A stretch of 64,000 bases of DNA, from contig OZ251997.1 in assembly GCA_965247095.1 (NCBI GenBank), positions 736,001-800,000 of the forward strand, written 5' to 3'. Source of the DNA: Candidatus Multivorans sp. (GTDB taxonomy: Bacteria; Acidobacteriota; Thermoanaerobaculia; Multivoradales; Multivoraceae). Position 1 is the first letter of the stretch. Every line of letters starts with the position of its first letter. The translations under genes and the position numbers were made by a program. Positions 32,267 through 41,473 of the stretch are shown here, one piece after another. The notes beneath the pieces are model-generated. The model searched no databases, had not been told where the DNA came from, and saw nothing but the letters and a program-made list of their open reading frames with translations.

Positions 32267-34126
32267 CTAGACCGACTTCGTCCGCTCGCCTGCCAGGCTG
32301 TACTCCTGGTGCCAGGTCGAGTCGCCGCCGTCGCCCTTGCGGTCAACGACCACGTCGACGAGGAAGGGTTCGCCGGCGCGCGTGGCCTCGATGCCGCGAC
32401 GGATCGCGGGGCGGAGGTCGGCCGCCGACTCGACGGTCACGCCGTCGACGCCCTGGCTTCGGGCGAGACCGGCGAAGTCGATGTCGGGATCGCCGAGGTG
32501 CATGCCGGTGTAGCGGTTCGCCTCCTTCATCTTGCCGTCGTAGCGGGCGTAGGCGAGGCGGACGGTCTGGTAGTTCCGGTTGTTCGTGACCACGGTGAGC
32601 ACGGGCACGCCGTAGCGAGCCTGGGTCCAGAAGCCGGAGGCGCTGTACATCACCGAGCCGTCGCCGATGTTGCAGACGACTTGGCGATCGGGCTGGCCGA
32701 GCTTGGCGCCGGTGGCGGCGCCGATGCCCCAGCCGAGCCCGGCGCCGGAGGTGGCGAGCCAGGTCTTCTCGTTGTCGCGGTGGCCGGTGGAGAAGAACTG
32801 GTTCGAACCGCTGAGGTTCTCGCTGACGATGATCGCGTTCGGATCGAGCTCGGCTTCGAGCACGTGGCCGAGCTCGTCGGCGTGGATCGGACTGCGGCCG
32901 ACGTTCGCCTGGTCGAGCTGGGGCGGCTTGCGCGCGGGATCCGGGCGCGAGGCGCGGATCTTATTGCGCCGCTCCTCCGTGGTCAGCGATTCGACCGCTT
33001 CGATCAGGGCTTCGGCGGCCAGCTTCGTGTTCGCGACGAGGGCGCGGCCGAACGGCCGGTCGCCGCCGATCGCGCCCGTGTTCAGGCCGATCCAGGCGTT
33101 CTGCGAGCCCTCGGCGTCGGGGCCGGCGGCGGCGGTGCCTCCGATGTCGCCGACGCCGATGCGCAGCACGAAGTCGCGGTCGCGGCTGCTGTAGCCGCCG
33201 GCATACAGCGGATGCATGCGCGGGAAGCTGTGGAACGGCCAGTTCACGTCGCCGACGGGTACCTGCAGCAGCTCGGCCAGCTCCAGCACCGCCTGCTGCG
33301 CGCCGGCCTTGCTGACCTCGTCGCCGACGTGGATGATCGGCGCCTCCGCCTCGATCAGCATCCGGGCAACCGCCTCGATGTCCTCGTCCCGGGCCGGAAT
33401 GTCGTCCGGGATGATGAAGGAGGCGCGGTCGTGGATCGCGGCGCTGACTCCCTTGGCCTCCAGGGCGTGGTTGGCCAGTGCGAGGTAGGTCGGGCCGCCG
33501 GGCGCGGTCGTCGCCACCTTGAAGGCGCGGCGGAGCATCACCGGGATCGAGCCGGGGTCGCGGGTCTCCCAGGACATCTTCGTGAACTGACGGTTCACGT
33601 CCTTCTGGTCGAAGCCGGGTCTGGGCGCCAGCAGCAGGTTGTCGTCCTGCATCTCGTTGTCGAGCAGGCCGGCGGTGACGATCAGGGCGGAGCCGTCCCG
33701 GCTCGAGTTGTAGAGCTGGCCGGCGGACTGCGCGGTGCCCGCGATCACGTGAACGTTGACCAGGGCAGGCTCGCCGGAGGCCTTGTGGTAGCCGTCGGCC
33801 ATCGAGATGACGATGCCCTCGTGCAGCCCCATGATGAGCTGCATGCCCGGGCGGTCCAGGAAGGCGTCGAAGAAGCCGACTTCGAACGAGCCGGGGTTCG
33901 TGAACAGGAAGCGGGTGCCGGCAGCGGCCATCTGCTCGACCATCAGCTCGCCGCCGGTACCTTGGGCCCGGCGGCTTCCCGAGTCCGCGTCGGCGTTCGC
34001 CGCGGCTGCCGCCGCGTTGGCGGTGGACTCGGCCACCGTGCCGGTCAGACCGAGCGCGGTCAGGGCCTGAATGAACCCGCGGCGCGAGAGATCGTTGCGG
34101 AGGAAGCGGTAGACCAGTTCGTTCAC
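32267..34126 (-). CDS. Thiamine-diphosphate-binding enzyme (benzoylformate decarboxylase-like) with twin-arginine leader
   Basis: F.NPGS.E, LHEG...MADGY, LGWG, IGDGS.MY...N..Y ThDP motif; N-terminal LSRRGFI; GGAGG RBS. Confidence 0.88.
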   Translation of the reverse strand: MNELVYRFLRNDLSRRGFIQALTALGLTGTVAESTANAAAAAANADADSGSRRAQGTGGELMVEQMAAAGTRFLFTNPGSFEVGFFDAFLDRPGMQLIMGLHEGIVISMADGYHKASGEPALVNVHVIAGTAQSAGQLYNSSRDGSALIVTAGLLDNEMQDDNLLLAPRPGFDQKDVNRQFTKMSWETRDPGSIPVMLRRAFKVATTAPGGPTYLALANHALEAKGVSAAIHDRASFIIPDDIPARDEDIEAVARMLIEAEAPIIHVGDEVSKAGAQQAVLELAELLQVPVGDVNWPFHSFPRMHPLYAGGYSSRDRDFVLRIGVGDIGGTAAAGPDAEGSQNAWIGLNTGAIGGDRPFGRALVANTKLAAEALIEAVESLTTEERRNKIRASRPDPARKPPQLDQANVGRSPIHADELGHVLEAELDPNAIIVSENLSGSNQFFSTGHRDNEKTWLATSGAGLGWGIGAATGAKLGQPDRQVVCNIGDGSVMYSASGFWTQARYGVPVLTVVTNNRNYQTVRLAYARYDGKMKEANRYTGMHLGDPDIDFAGLARSQGVDGVTVESAADLRPAIRRGIEATRAGEPFLVDVVVDRKGDGGDSTWHQEYSLAGERTKSV

Positions 34127-34290
34127 GGTGGGCCTCCCTTGTCGTCAGGATGTGGTTGCGTAAGCGTAGCAGCCGAGCCGGGTGTTCTTGGCGACGCGGA
34201 ACGCATTCGCTGCTATGATCTCGCGCCCAACGAGACCGCCGCGGCGCCCGAAGCGGGCCTTCAGGACGATGGAGCGGCGATGGAGGCGAC

Positions 34291-34530
34291 ATGCCCAGAA
34301 TCTGCCAGCTCACCGGCAAGAAGCCGCTCAGCGGCCATAACATCTCCCACGCGCACAACGTCACGAACAAGTGGCAGCGGCCGAACATTCAGGCCAAGCG
34401 GCTGTACGTGCCCGAACTCAAGCGGACGATCAAGCTCAAGGTGTCGACGCGCGCCCTACGATCGATCGACAAGAAGGGCCTGGTGCCCTATCTCAAGAGT
34501 CAGGGCCTGACACTGCGCGACATCACGTAG
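34291..34530 (+). CDS. rpmB: 50S ribosomal protein L28
   Basis: MPRICQLTGKKP..G.N.SHA.N.T.....PNIQ...L.VST..LR.IDKKG. Confidence 0.95.
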   Translation: MPRICQLTGKKPLSGHNISHAHNVTNKWQRPNIQAKRLYVPELKRTIKLKVSTRALRSIDKKGLVPYLKSQGLTLRDIT

Positions 34531-34542
34531 GCGGAAGCCGGC

Positions 34543-35994
34543 TCAGGGAGCGGGGTCGGCGGGCGGTTCCTCCGCAGCCGGCGCTGCTTCGCCCTCGTCA
34601 CGGCTGCCCAGATACTCGGGCAGCTTGATCCCGACGTTCTTCGTCAGCTCGTGCAGCGGCGGCAAGGAGCTGATCAGGCCGGAGATGAAGTCCGCTGTAG
34701 CGGTCTTGCCGTTCTCGCCGCGGCCGCTGTCCCACACGGTCACGTTGTCGATCTTGAGGCCCGCGATCGCCTTGACCTGCTCCTCGACCAGTTTTGGCAA
34801 CTGCTCGGTGACCAGCAGGAGCGCCGCGTTGTCGGCGCCGCCGATCGCGTTCACGATGTGGTCGAAGCCTTCGGCCTTCTTCTTGAGCACCGCCTCGATG
34901 CCCGCGGCTTCGGCCTCCATCAGAGCGCGCAGGCCATCGGCCTCGCCCTCCTTCAGTCGCCGGATGCGGTCCGCGTCGGCCTCCGTGAGTGACTGGATGC
35001 CGTCCGCCTCGCCCTTCTTCAGGCGACGGTTGCGTTCCGCCTCGGCCTCGGCCAGCGTGGCCATCTCTTCCTTCTTGATCTCGGCCGGCACGACGACATC
35101 GGCGCGCTGTGTGGCCTGTTCGCGGCTGGCGCGCGCGACTTCGGACTCTTCCTGGGCGGCGTATGCCTCCTGCAGCGCCTGCGCTGCCTTGACCTTCTCG
35201 GCGGCGGACGCGTTGCGCTCGGCCTCGGCCTCTTCCTTTCTTCGACTGGAGCCGGACTGGGCCACCCGCACGGCGGACTCGTTCTCCCCCTCCTGAGCCG
35301 TCGCCAGGGACCGGGCGACCTGGATGCGGCGGTCGCGCTCCGCGGCCGCGGCGCCGACCGCGCCGTCGCGCTCCTTCTCGGCGACCTTGACCTTCGCCTC
35401 GTTGATCGCCCGCGCGGCGGCCTCCTTGCCGAGCGCGTCGATGTAGCCGGACTCGTCCGTGATGTCCTGGATGTTCACGTTGATCAGCCGCAGGCCGACC
35501 TTCTTGAGCTCGACCTCGACGCCGTTCGAGATGTTCTCGATCAGCTTGTCGCGGTCGGCGTTGATCTCCTCGATCGGCATGGTCGCCAGGACGACCCGCA
35601 TCTGGCCGAAGATGATGTCGCGCGCGAGCGCGGAGATGCGATCCATCTGCATGCCCAGCACACGCTCGGCGGCGTTCTCCATCACCCCGGGCTCGGTCGA
35701 GATGCCGACCGTGAACGTCGAGGGGCAGTTGACCCGGATGTTCTGCTTGGAGAGCGCGCCGGTCAGGTTGATGTCCATCGTCATCGGCTCGAGATCGAGG
35801 AATTGGTGCGCCTGCAGCATCGGAATGATGAAGGCGGCGCCGCCGTGGTAGCACTTCGCCGAACCGGTGCCGCCGATCTTGCCGTAGACCACGAGAATGC
35901 GGTCCGACGGGCAGCGGCGGTAGCGGCTCGAGAGCGAGAAGATGAGGATGAGGCCCGCCGCTAAGGCGGACAGGATGAGGATGATCAGGTCCAC
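34543..35994 (-). CDS. Flotillin / SPFH domain protein
   Basis: N-terminal TM, RYRRCPSDRILVVYG, ALS.QNIRV, GL.LINVNI.DI.D, AE-rich coiled coil. Confidence 0.92.
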   Translation of the reverse strand: MDLIILILSALAAGLILIFSLSSRYRRCPSDRILVVYGKIGGTGSAKCYHGGAAFIIPMLQAHQFLDLEPMTMDINLTGALSKQNIRVNCPSTFTVGISTEPGVMENAAERVLGMQMDRISALARDIIFGQMRVVLATMPIEEINADRDKLIENISNGVEVELKKVGLRLINVNIQDITDESGYIDALGKEAAARAINEAKVKVAEKERDGAVGAAAAERDRRIQVARSLATAQEGENESAVRVAQSGSSRRKEEAEAERNASAAEKVKAAQALQEAYAAQEESEVARASREQATQRADVVVPAEIKKEEMATLAEAEAERNRRLKKGEADGIQSLTEADADRIRRLKEGEADGLRALMEAEAAGIEAVLKKKAEGFDHIVNAIGGADNAALLLVTEQLPKLVEEQVKAIAGLKIDNVTVWDSGRGENGKTATADFISGLISSLPPLHELTKNVGIKLPEYLGSRDEGEAAPAAEEPPADPAP

Positions 35995-36017
35995 GTGTTG
36001 ATTCTCCTAACGGATTA

Positions 36018-36644
36018 CTATTGTTCGTGCCGGTGTTGCCCGTGGCTGGCGCCGGATGCGGGCGAGACGCCCGCGTTCCCAGGTTCGGCGTCCAGAGGCG
36101 CGACCAGCAGGGTGTTGGGATCGAGGATGTCGACCACGCGGATGCGGGTCAGGGTGGGCAGGTCGGTGTCGTGGCGCGTCATCGCGGCGACCGTCCGCAG
36201 CCTGCCCTGGACCAGCACTTCGACCTGGCCGGGCTTCCTGAGACGGGCGCCGATCGGCGCGTAGACCTTGCCGGCTACGCCGACGGCGTTCTGGTAGTCC
36301 ACCGTGCCGCTGTGGCGCAGGCTCATCATGACGCGCATGATCAGGATCAGGATGCCGGCAAAGAGAAGACCGACGACGGTGCCGCCGATCGACGCGGCCA
36401 CGGTCGAATAGCCGGCCCGCATCAACACGACCCCGGTCCAGCCGAAGCCGGCCAAGAAACCGCTGACCGTCCGCATCGAGAGCAGGGAAGTGCCTTCGCC
36501 GTCGGCGGCGTCGAGCAGATCGTCGAGCCCGAAGACGGTGAGGACGACCTGAATCAGGAGGGCCAGGGCGGAGACGATGCCGAGTGCGTAGAAGACGCGG
36601 TACGCCCCTTCCAGTGAGCCCCACCAGTTGCTGACTGCCTCCAT
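36018..36644 (-). CDS. NfeD-like flotillin partner
   Basis: TM helices plus C-terminal OB-type G.VY..I....G.V.V.VQG; directly upstream of flotillin. Confidence 0.8.
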   Translation of the reverse strand: MEAVSNWWGSLEGAYRVFYALGIVSALALLIQVVLTVFGLDDLLDAADGEGTSLLSMRTVSGFLAGFGWTGVVLMRAGYSTVAASIGGTVVGLLFAGILILIMRVMMSLRHSGTVDYQNAVGVAGKVYAPIGARLRKPGQVEVLVQGRLRTVAAMTRHDTDLPTLTRIRVVDILDPNTLLVAPLDAEPGNAGVSPASGASHGQHRHEQ

Positions 36645-36690
36645 CGCTCCCTCTCCTTCTACGTGACTTTGGAGTCGTTTGTTGACGACA

Positions 36691-38040
36691 CTATGCGCTG
36701 TTCCCAGCCCGTTCGATGCCGCGCGCCTCATCGACCCGGAGCAGCAGCAGGCCGCCGACCAGGAAGAACACCAGAACGACCGCGATGCCGGCGCGCTGCC
36801 CGTAGCCGGCGGTGATGAGACCCAGCAGCAACGGGCCCAGAAACGCCGTCGCCTTGCCCGAAAAGGCGAAGAAGCCGAAGAACTCGGACTCGTAGCGCTT
36901 GGGCGCGAAGCGCCCCATCAACGACCGGCTCGCGGACTGGTTGGGACCCATGAACAGGCCCAGCACCAGCGCCGCGGCCCAGAACCAGGTCCGGTTCGGC
37001 GCCGCGACCGCGACCAGGGAGCAGACGAACAGGCCGATCAGGCTCCAGAGCACAGTGGCGCGGCCGCCTACCCGGTCGTCGACGAGGCCGAACAGGAACG
37101 CGCCCAGCCCGGCCGCCACGTTCAGCGCGATCCCGAACACGATCACTTCGCTGGTGTCCATGCCGAAGGTGCCGGCGGCGTAGACGCCGCCGAAGGCGAA
37201 CACGGTGATCAGGCCGTCGTTGTAGATCAGGCGCGCGACCAGGAAGCGGACAATGTCCTTGAAGTCACGGATCCGGGTCAGGGTGCGGCGGAGATCCTGG
37301 AAGACCCTGCGGACGGATGCGACTGCGCTGCCGGCGGACGTACCGGCACGCGGCGGGGCCTCATCGCGCAGCAGGACGAGCGCAGGCAGGCTGAAGAGCA
37401 GGAACCAAACCCCTACCAGCAGGTTCGAGGCGCGGATGTTGAAGCCGTCCTCGGTGCTGAGCGGAAGCCATGGCGCGCCCTCGCCGAGACCGATCAGCCC
37501 AAGCAGCGCGACGACCAGGCAAACCAGGCCGCCGGCGTAGCCGAGCCCCCAGGCGTAGCCCGAGATCCGTCCGATCGTCCGGGGCGTCGACAACTGGGGG
37601 AGGAAGGAGTTGTAGAACACCATGCCGACCTCGAAACCGACGTTCGCGATCACGAACAGCGCGAGTGCCGCCACAACGGCGTTGCCGCTTCCCGGGACGA
37701 CGAAGGTCAGCCAGGCGGTGGCGCCGACCGAGACCAGGGTGGCAACGGTCAGAAAGCGGCGGCGAAGGCCCGAGCGGTCCGCCATCGCCCCCAGCACCGG
37801 TGCGATCAGGGCGATGAGCAGGGAACTGATCGTGATCCCCCGCGACCACAGGGCAGTGCCCCGGTCCGCGTCTTCGGCAAACGTCTGCGAGAAGTAGGTC
37901 GCGTAGACGAAGGTCACCACGAGGGTGGTGAAGGCGGAGTTGGCCCAGTCGTAGACACACCAGGACGCCACCACCCCACGGCGGGCGGCGGGCTTCGATC
38001 CGCTGCCGCGGCTATCTAGAACGGTTCGTCCTCCCACCAC
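36691..38040 (-). CDS. MFS transporter (Atg22/UMF1-like)
   Basis: W..YDWANSAF, FYNSFLP, GRISG..W..GY.GG, Q.ASRSL, EFFGF; start uncertain. Confidence 0.88.
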   Translation of the reverse strand: MVGGRTVLDSRGSGSKPAARRGVVASWCVYDWANSAFTTLVVTFVYATYFSQTFAEDADRGTALWSRGITISSLLIALIAPVLGAMADRSGLRRRFLTVATLVSVGATAWLTFVVPGSGNAVVAALALFVIANVGFEVGMVFYNSFLPQLSTPRTIGRISGYAWGLGYAGGLVCLVVALLGLIGLGEGAPWLPLSTEDGFNIRASNLLVGVWFLLFSLPALVLLRDEAPPRAGTSAGSAVASVRRVFQDLRRTLTRIRDFKDIVRFLVARLIYNDGLITVFAFGGVYAAGTFGMDTSEVIVFGIALNVAAGLGAFLFGLVDDRVGGRATVLWSLIGLFVCSLVAVAAPNRTWFWAAALVLGLFMGPNQSASRSLMGRFAPKRYESEFFGFFAFSGKATAFLGPLLLGLITAGYGQRAGIAVVLVFFLVGGLLLLRVDEARGIERAGNSA

Positions 38041-38873
38041 GGGAAGTAGGGCGGCATGTCGGAGCTGACCTTCATCGGGAACTCGGCCGATCGCTTCTCG
38101 AGGAAGGAGGTGACGCCCTCTCTCGCGTCGTCGCTCCTGCCGCGCGTGTAGATGCCCTTCGACTCGACCCGGTGCGCGGCCATCGGCGATGGGGCGTCAA
38201 GCCCCTTCCACAGCATGTGCCGGGTGAGCGCAACCGACACCGGCGAGGTGTTCGCGGCGATCTCCGAGGCGAGTCCGCGGGCCGCCGGCAGCAGCTCGTC
38301 GGGCGGCAGGACACGGCTGACGAGACCGGCTTCGAGCGCCTCGGCGGCGGGGAACACACGCCCGGTCAGCGCCCACTCGGAGGCTTTGCCCATGCCCACC
38401 AGGCGGGGCAGAAAGTAGCTGCTGCAGGCCTCGGGCACCATGCCTCGGCGGACGAAGACGAAGCCCATTCGCGCCTCGGTCGAGGCCAGCCGGATGTCCA
38501 TCGGCAGGGTCATCGTGATCCCGATGCCGACCGCGGGGCCGTTGATCGCGGCGATGACCGGCTTGCGCGCCTTGTAGATCGCTAGCGCCAGAATGCCGCC
38601 GCCGTCACGGTAGGTGTCGATGCCCGCCTCCGGATGGGAGAACGTGTCGCCGCCGGAGGCCAGATCGGCGCCGGCGCAGAAGCCGCGCCCTTCGCCGGTG
38701 ACGATCACCGCGCGTACCGAATCGTCGCCGTCGGCGCGTTCGAGAGCGTCGATCATCTCCCGCATCATGTGGCCGTTGAAGGCGTTCAGGCGCTCGGGAC
38801 GATTCAGCGTCATCACCAGCACGCCGTCGTCTGTGTCGTAGCGGATCGTTTCGTAAGTGGGTTCCTGGGGCAT
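38016..38873 (-). CDS. Enoyl-CoA hydratase/isomerase (crotonase) family
   Basis: TLNRPERLNAF, GRGFCAGADL, KPVIAAINGPAVGIG.T..L..DIR, EGV..FLEKR. Confidence 0.92.
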   Translation of the reverse strand: MPQEPTYETIRYDTDDGVLVMTLNRPERLNAFNGHMMREMIDALERADGDDSVRAVIVTGEGRGFCAGADLASGGDTFSHPEAGIDTYRDGGGILALAIYKARKPVIAAINGPAVGIGITMTLPMDIRLASTEARMGFVFVRRGMVPEACSSYFLPRLVGMGKASEWALTGRVFPAAEALEAGLVSRVLPPDELLPAARGLASEIAANTSPVSVALTRHMLWKGLDAPSPMAAHRVESKGIYTRGRSDDAREGVTSFLEKRSAEFPMKVSSDMPPYFPWWEDEPF

Positions 38874-38902
38874 CTCGTCGTTCCTGCTGTCTACGTCCGC
38901 CG

Positions 38903-40162
38903 CTAGATGCCGGGCACCGGGAAGCGCAGGCAGAATCTCTCGATGTCCTGCCGCATGGCGTCCAGCCGTTCGTCGTCGCCGTGCCGTCGCAACGCGTCGA
39001 CGATCCACTCGGCGAGCAGCTTCATCTCGACTTCTTCCATGCCCCGCGTGGTCGCCGCGGGACTGCCGAGCCGGATGCCGCTCGGCCTGAGCGGCGGCCG
39101 GGGGTCGTCGGGGATGAGTTGCTTGTTCACCGTGATCGACACCTTGTCGAGGGTCTCTTCGGCGACGCGTCCGTCGATGCCGTAGCTCTTCTCGGTGTCG
39201 AGCACCATCATGTGGTTGTCGGTGCCGCCCGTCACCAGTTCGGCGCCCCGGTTGATCAGTTCCTCGGCCAGCACCTTCGCGTTGGTCAGCACCTGCCGGG
39301 CGTAGACCGCGAACTCGGGCTCGAGCGCCTTGCCGAGGGTGATCGCCAGCGCCGCCACGGCGTTCATGTGGGGTCCGCCCTGGAGGCCCGGGAACACCGC
39401 CTTGTCGATCTTCCGGCGGTGCTCCGCGCGGCAGAGGATCAGGCCGCTGCGGGGCCCGCGCAGGGTCTTGTGGCCGGTCGTCGTCATCACGTCGAAACCG
39501 TGGTCCATCGGGTTGGACATCGCGTTGCCGGCGATCAGACCGCCGATGTGCGATACATCGGCCATCGTGAGCGCGCCGACGTCGTCCGCGATCCGCTTGA
39601 ACTCGCGGTAGTCGTAGTCCCGCGGATAGGACGAGTAGCCGCAGAGGATCATCTTCGGCTGGTGCTCGCGGGCCTGGCCGAGTAGAGCGTCGAAGTCGAT
39701 CGCGCCGGCGTTGTCGGGATCCGTCTTGTAGCGGATGAAGTTGAAGACCCTGCCCATGTGGGACACCGGCGCCCCGTGCGTCAGGTGGCCACCGTGCGAA
39801 AGGTCCATCGCCAGCACCGTGTCGCCGGGGTCGAGGAACGCGAAGTAGGCCGCCTGGTTCATCGGCGAGCCCGAGAGCGCCTGCACGTTCGCGTGCTCGG
39901 CCCTGAACACCCGGCAGGCGCGTTCGATGGCCAGCCGCTCGACCGCGTCGGTGAACTCCTGCCCGCCGTAGTAGCGGCGGCCGGGGTAGCCCTCGGCGTA
40001 CTTGTTGGTCAGCACCGAGCCGTTGGCCGCGAACACCTCGGGGTAGGTGTAGTTCTCCGATGGAATCAGCTCGACGCCGCGTCGTTCGCGGTCTTCCTCG
40101 CCAATAATCGCCGCCCAGACCGCTGGATCGTTGCGCGCCAGCGCCTGTCGGTTGGAATCCAC
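38903..40162 (-). CDS. glyA: Serine hydroxymethyltransferase
   Basis: ELIPSEN, NKYAEGYPGRRYYGG, GGHLTHG, TT.HKTLRGPR, FPGLQGGP, SGIRLG. Confidence 0.96.
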   Translation of the reverse strand: MDSNRQALARNDPAVWAAIIGEEDRERRGVELIPSENYTYPEVFAANGSVLTNKYAEGYPGRRYYGGQEFTDAVERLAIERACRVFRAEHANVQALSGSPMNQAAYFAFLDPGDTVLAMDLSHGGHLTHGAPVSHMGRVFNFIRYKTDPDNAGAIDFDALLGQAREHQPKMILCGYSSYPRDYDYREFKRIADDVGALTMADVSHIGGLIAGNAMSNPMDHGFDVMTTTGHKTLRGPRSGLILCRAEHRRKIDKAVFPGLQGGPHMNAVAALAITLGKALEPEFAVYARQVLTNAKVLAEELINRGAELVTGGTDNHMMVLDTEKSYGIDGRVAEETLDKVSITVNKQLIPDDPRPPLRPSGIRLGSPAATTRGMEEVEMKLLAEWIVDALRRHGDDERLDAMRQDIERFCLRFPVPGI

Positions 40163-40219
40163 TGCGCTTGTGCTACTTCCCGGCCCGGGCCGGGGCTGAA
40201 CTCCGATCCGCCGTAGCCC

Positions 40220-40846
40220 TTACTGGACGGCCGCCTTGGCGGCCTCGAGCAGGACGGTTTCCGGCAGGCGAACCCTGTAGTCCGGATTCACGTAGTGGAA
40301 AGCGATCCGACCCTCGGTATCGAGCACGAAGACGGCAGGCACGGGCAGCATGTGGTGATCGTCCCCGGCGTAGTCTTCGAGGTCGAGCTTGTAGGACTCC
40401 CTGTAGCTCCGAACGATCTCCTCGTCGCGGAAGGCGATCCCGAACGCCTGCGAGGCCTTCATGCCCCGGTCGGAGAGCAGCCGGTACTTCAGCTCGTTCT
40501 TGTGGACGGTGGCCTGCAGTTGGTCCGCGATATCTGGTGAGATGGCGAACAACTGGTAGCCGAGGTTGATCAGATCCTGCTCGATTTCTTGCAACTGACC
40601 CAGTTGCGTATTGCAGTACGGTCACCAACCGCCGCGGTAGAAGATCAGGATCGTCGGCTTGGCCTTGGCCTCGGCGGCAAGGTCGACGACGCCGCCGTCC
40701 GCGGTGGGAAGTTGGACCTCGGGAACTGCACTGCCGACCAGAAGCGGTCGGATGCCGTCTGCCGACGTGGGAACATCGGCGGCCGAGGCGGAAGTAGCGG
40801 TGGCGCAGAGGAGAGCCGCGCCGGCAAGAATCGTCTGGGTTCTCAT
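40220..40846 (-). CDS. Peroxiredoxin-like (AhpC/TSA) selenoprotein, UxxC motif, with signal peptide
   Basis: Two in-frame ORFs join across TGA 40624-40622 to give FYRGGW-U-PYCNTQL...AISPD...LLSD...PVPAVF...YVNPDYRVR; hairpin just downstream of the UGA. Confidence 0.85.
40591..40607 (-). promoter_or_regulatory. Putative bacterial SECIS element
   Basis: GCAACTG-GGT-CAGTTGC perfect 7-bp stem with a G-containing loop, separated from the in-frame UGA by 14 nt. Confidence 0.7.
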
Positions 40847-40964
40847 GCGCGGCAGGGTATCACGCGGCCACTGTGCCGGAAGCGCCAATTCGCAGCGGCG
40901 GGCTTGATCCCTGCCGCGGTTGACGCACCGCTACCGGGTCCGCATACTCGCCGCGGTCCGGCCC

Positions 40965-41444
40965 ATGAACCATGACACCTACCGCAGCCTGATCGGCCGC
41001 TTCGCCACCGGCGTGACGGTGGTGACGACGAACGTCGGCGGCCGCCTGCACGGCATGACCGCGAACGCGGTGTGCTCGCTGTCGCTCGACCCGTTGCAGT
41101 TGCTCGTCTGTGTCGACCGAGAGTCGAATTGCTACGTGCAGATGCAGCGAGCGGAGGCCTTCGGCATCAACATCCTCGCCGCCGACCAGGAGGACATCTC
41201 CAACCGGTTCGCTCGCACCACGGAACCCACCGATGGCTCCCTGCTGGGTGTGGACTACCGGCTCGGCAGCCTGGGTGAACCCCTGATCGAGAATGCGCTG
41301 GTCCACCTAGAGTGCCGGATCGCGGAGCGTATCTGTGGCGGCGACCACATCATCGTGATCGGTGACGTGGTGGCCGGCGGGCAGGTGCGGGAGGCCGAAC
41401 CGTTGCTCTTCTACGGCGGCCGCTACGCCAGATTGGGAGATTGA
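40965..41444 (+). CDS. Flavin reductase family protein
   Basis: FATGVTVVT, GMTAN...SLSLDP, GGDH.I..G.V, PLLFY.G.Y. Confidence 0.92.
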   Translation: MNHDTYRSLIGRFATGVTVVTTNVGGRLHGMTANAVCSLSLDPLQLLVCVDRESNCYVQMQRAEAFGINILAADQEDISNRFARTTEPTDGSLLGVDYRLGSLGEPLIENALVHLECRIAERICGGDHIIVIGDVVAGGQVREAEPLLFYGGRYARLGD

Positions 41445-41473
41445 GCTCGTCCAGGCGCCGGCCAGTGCGGTCG

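Noticed and set aside
40220-40888. Two separate small genes or a pseudogene, as in the ORF track
   Set aside because: The stop falls exactly at the redox Cys position, is UGA and is followed by a SECIS-like hairpin.
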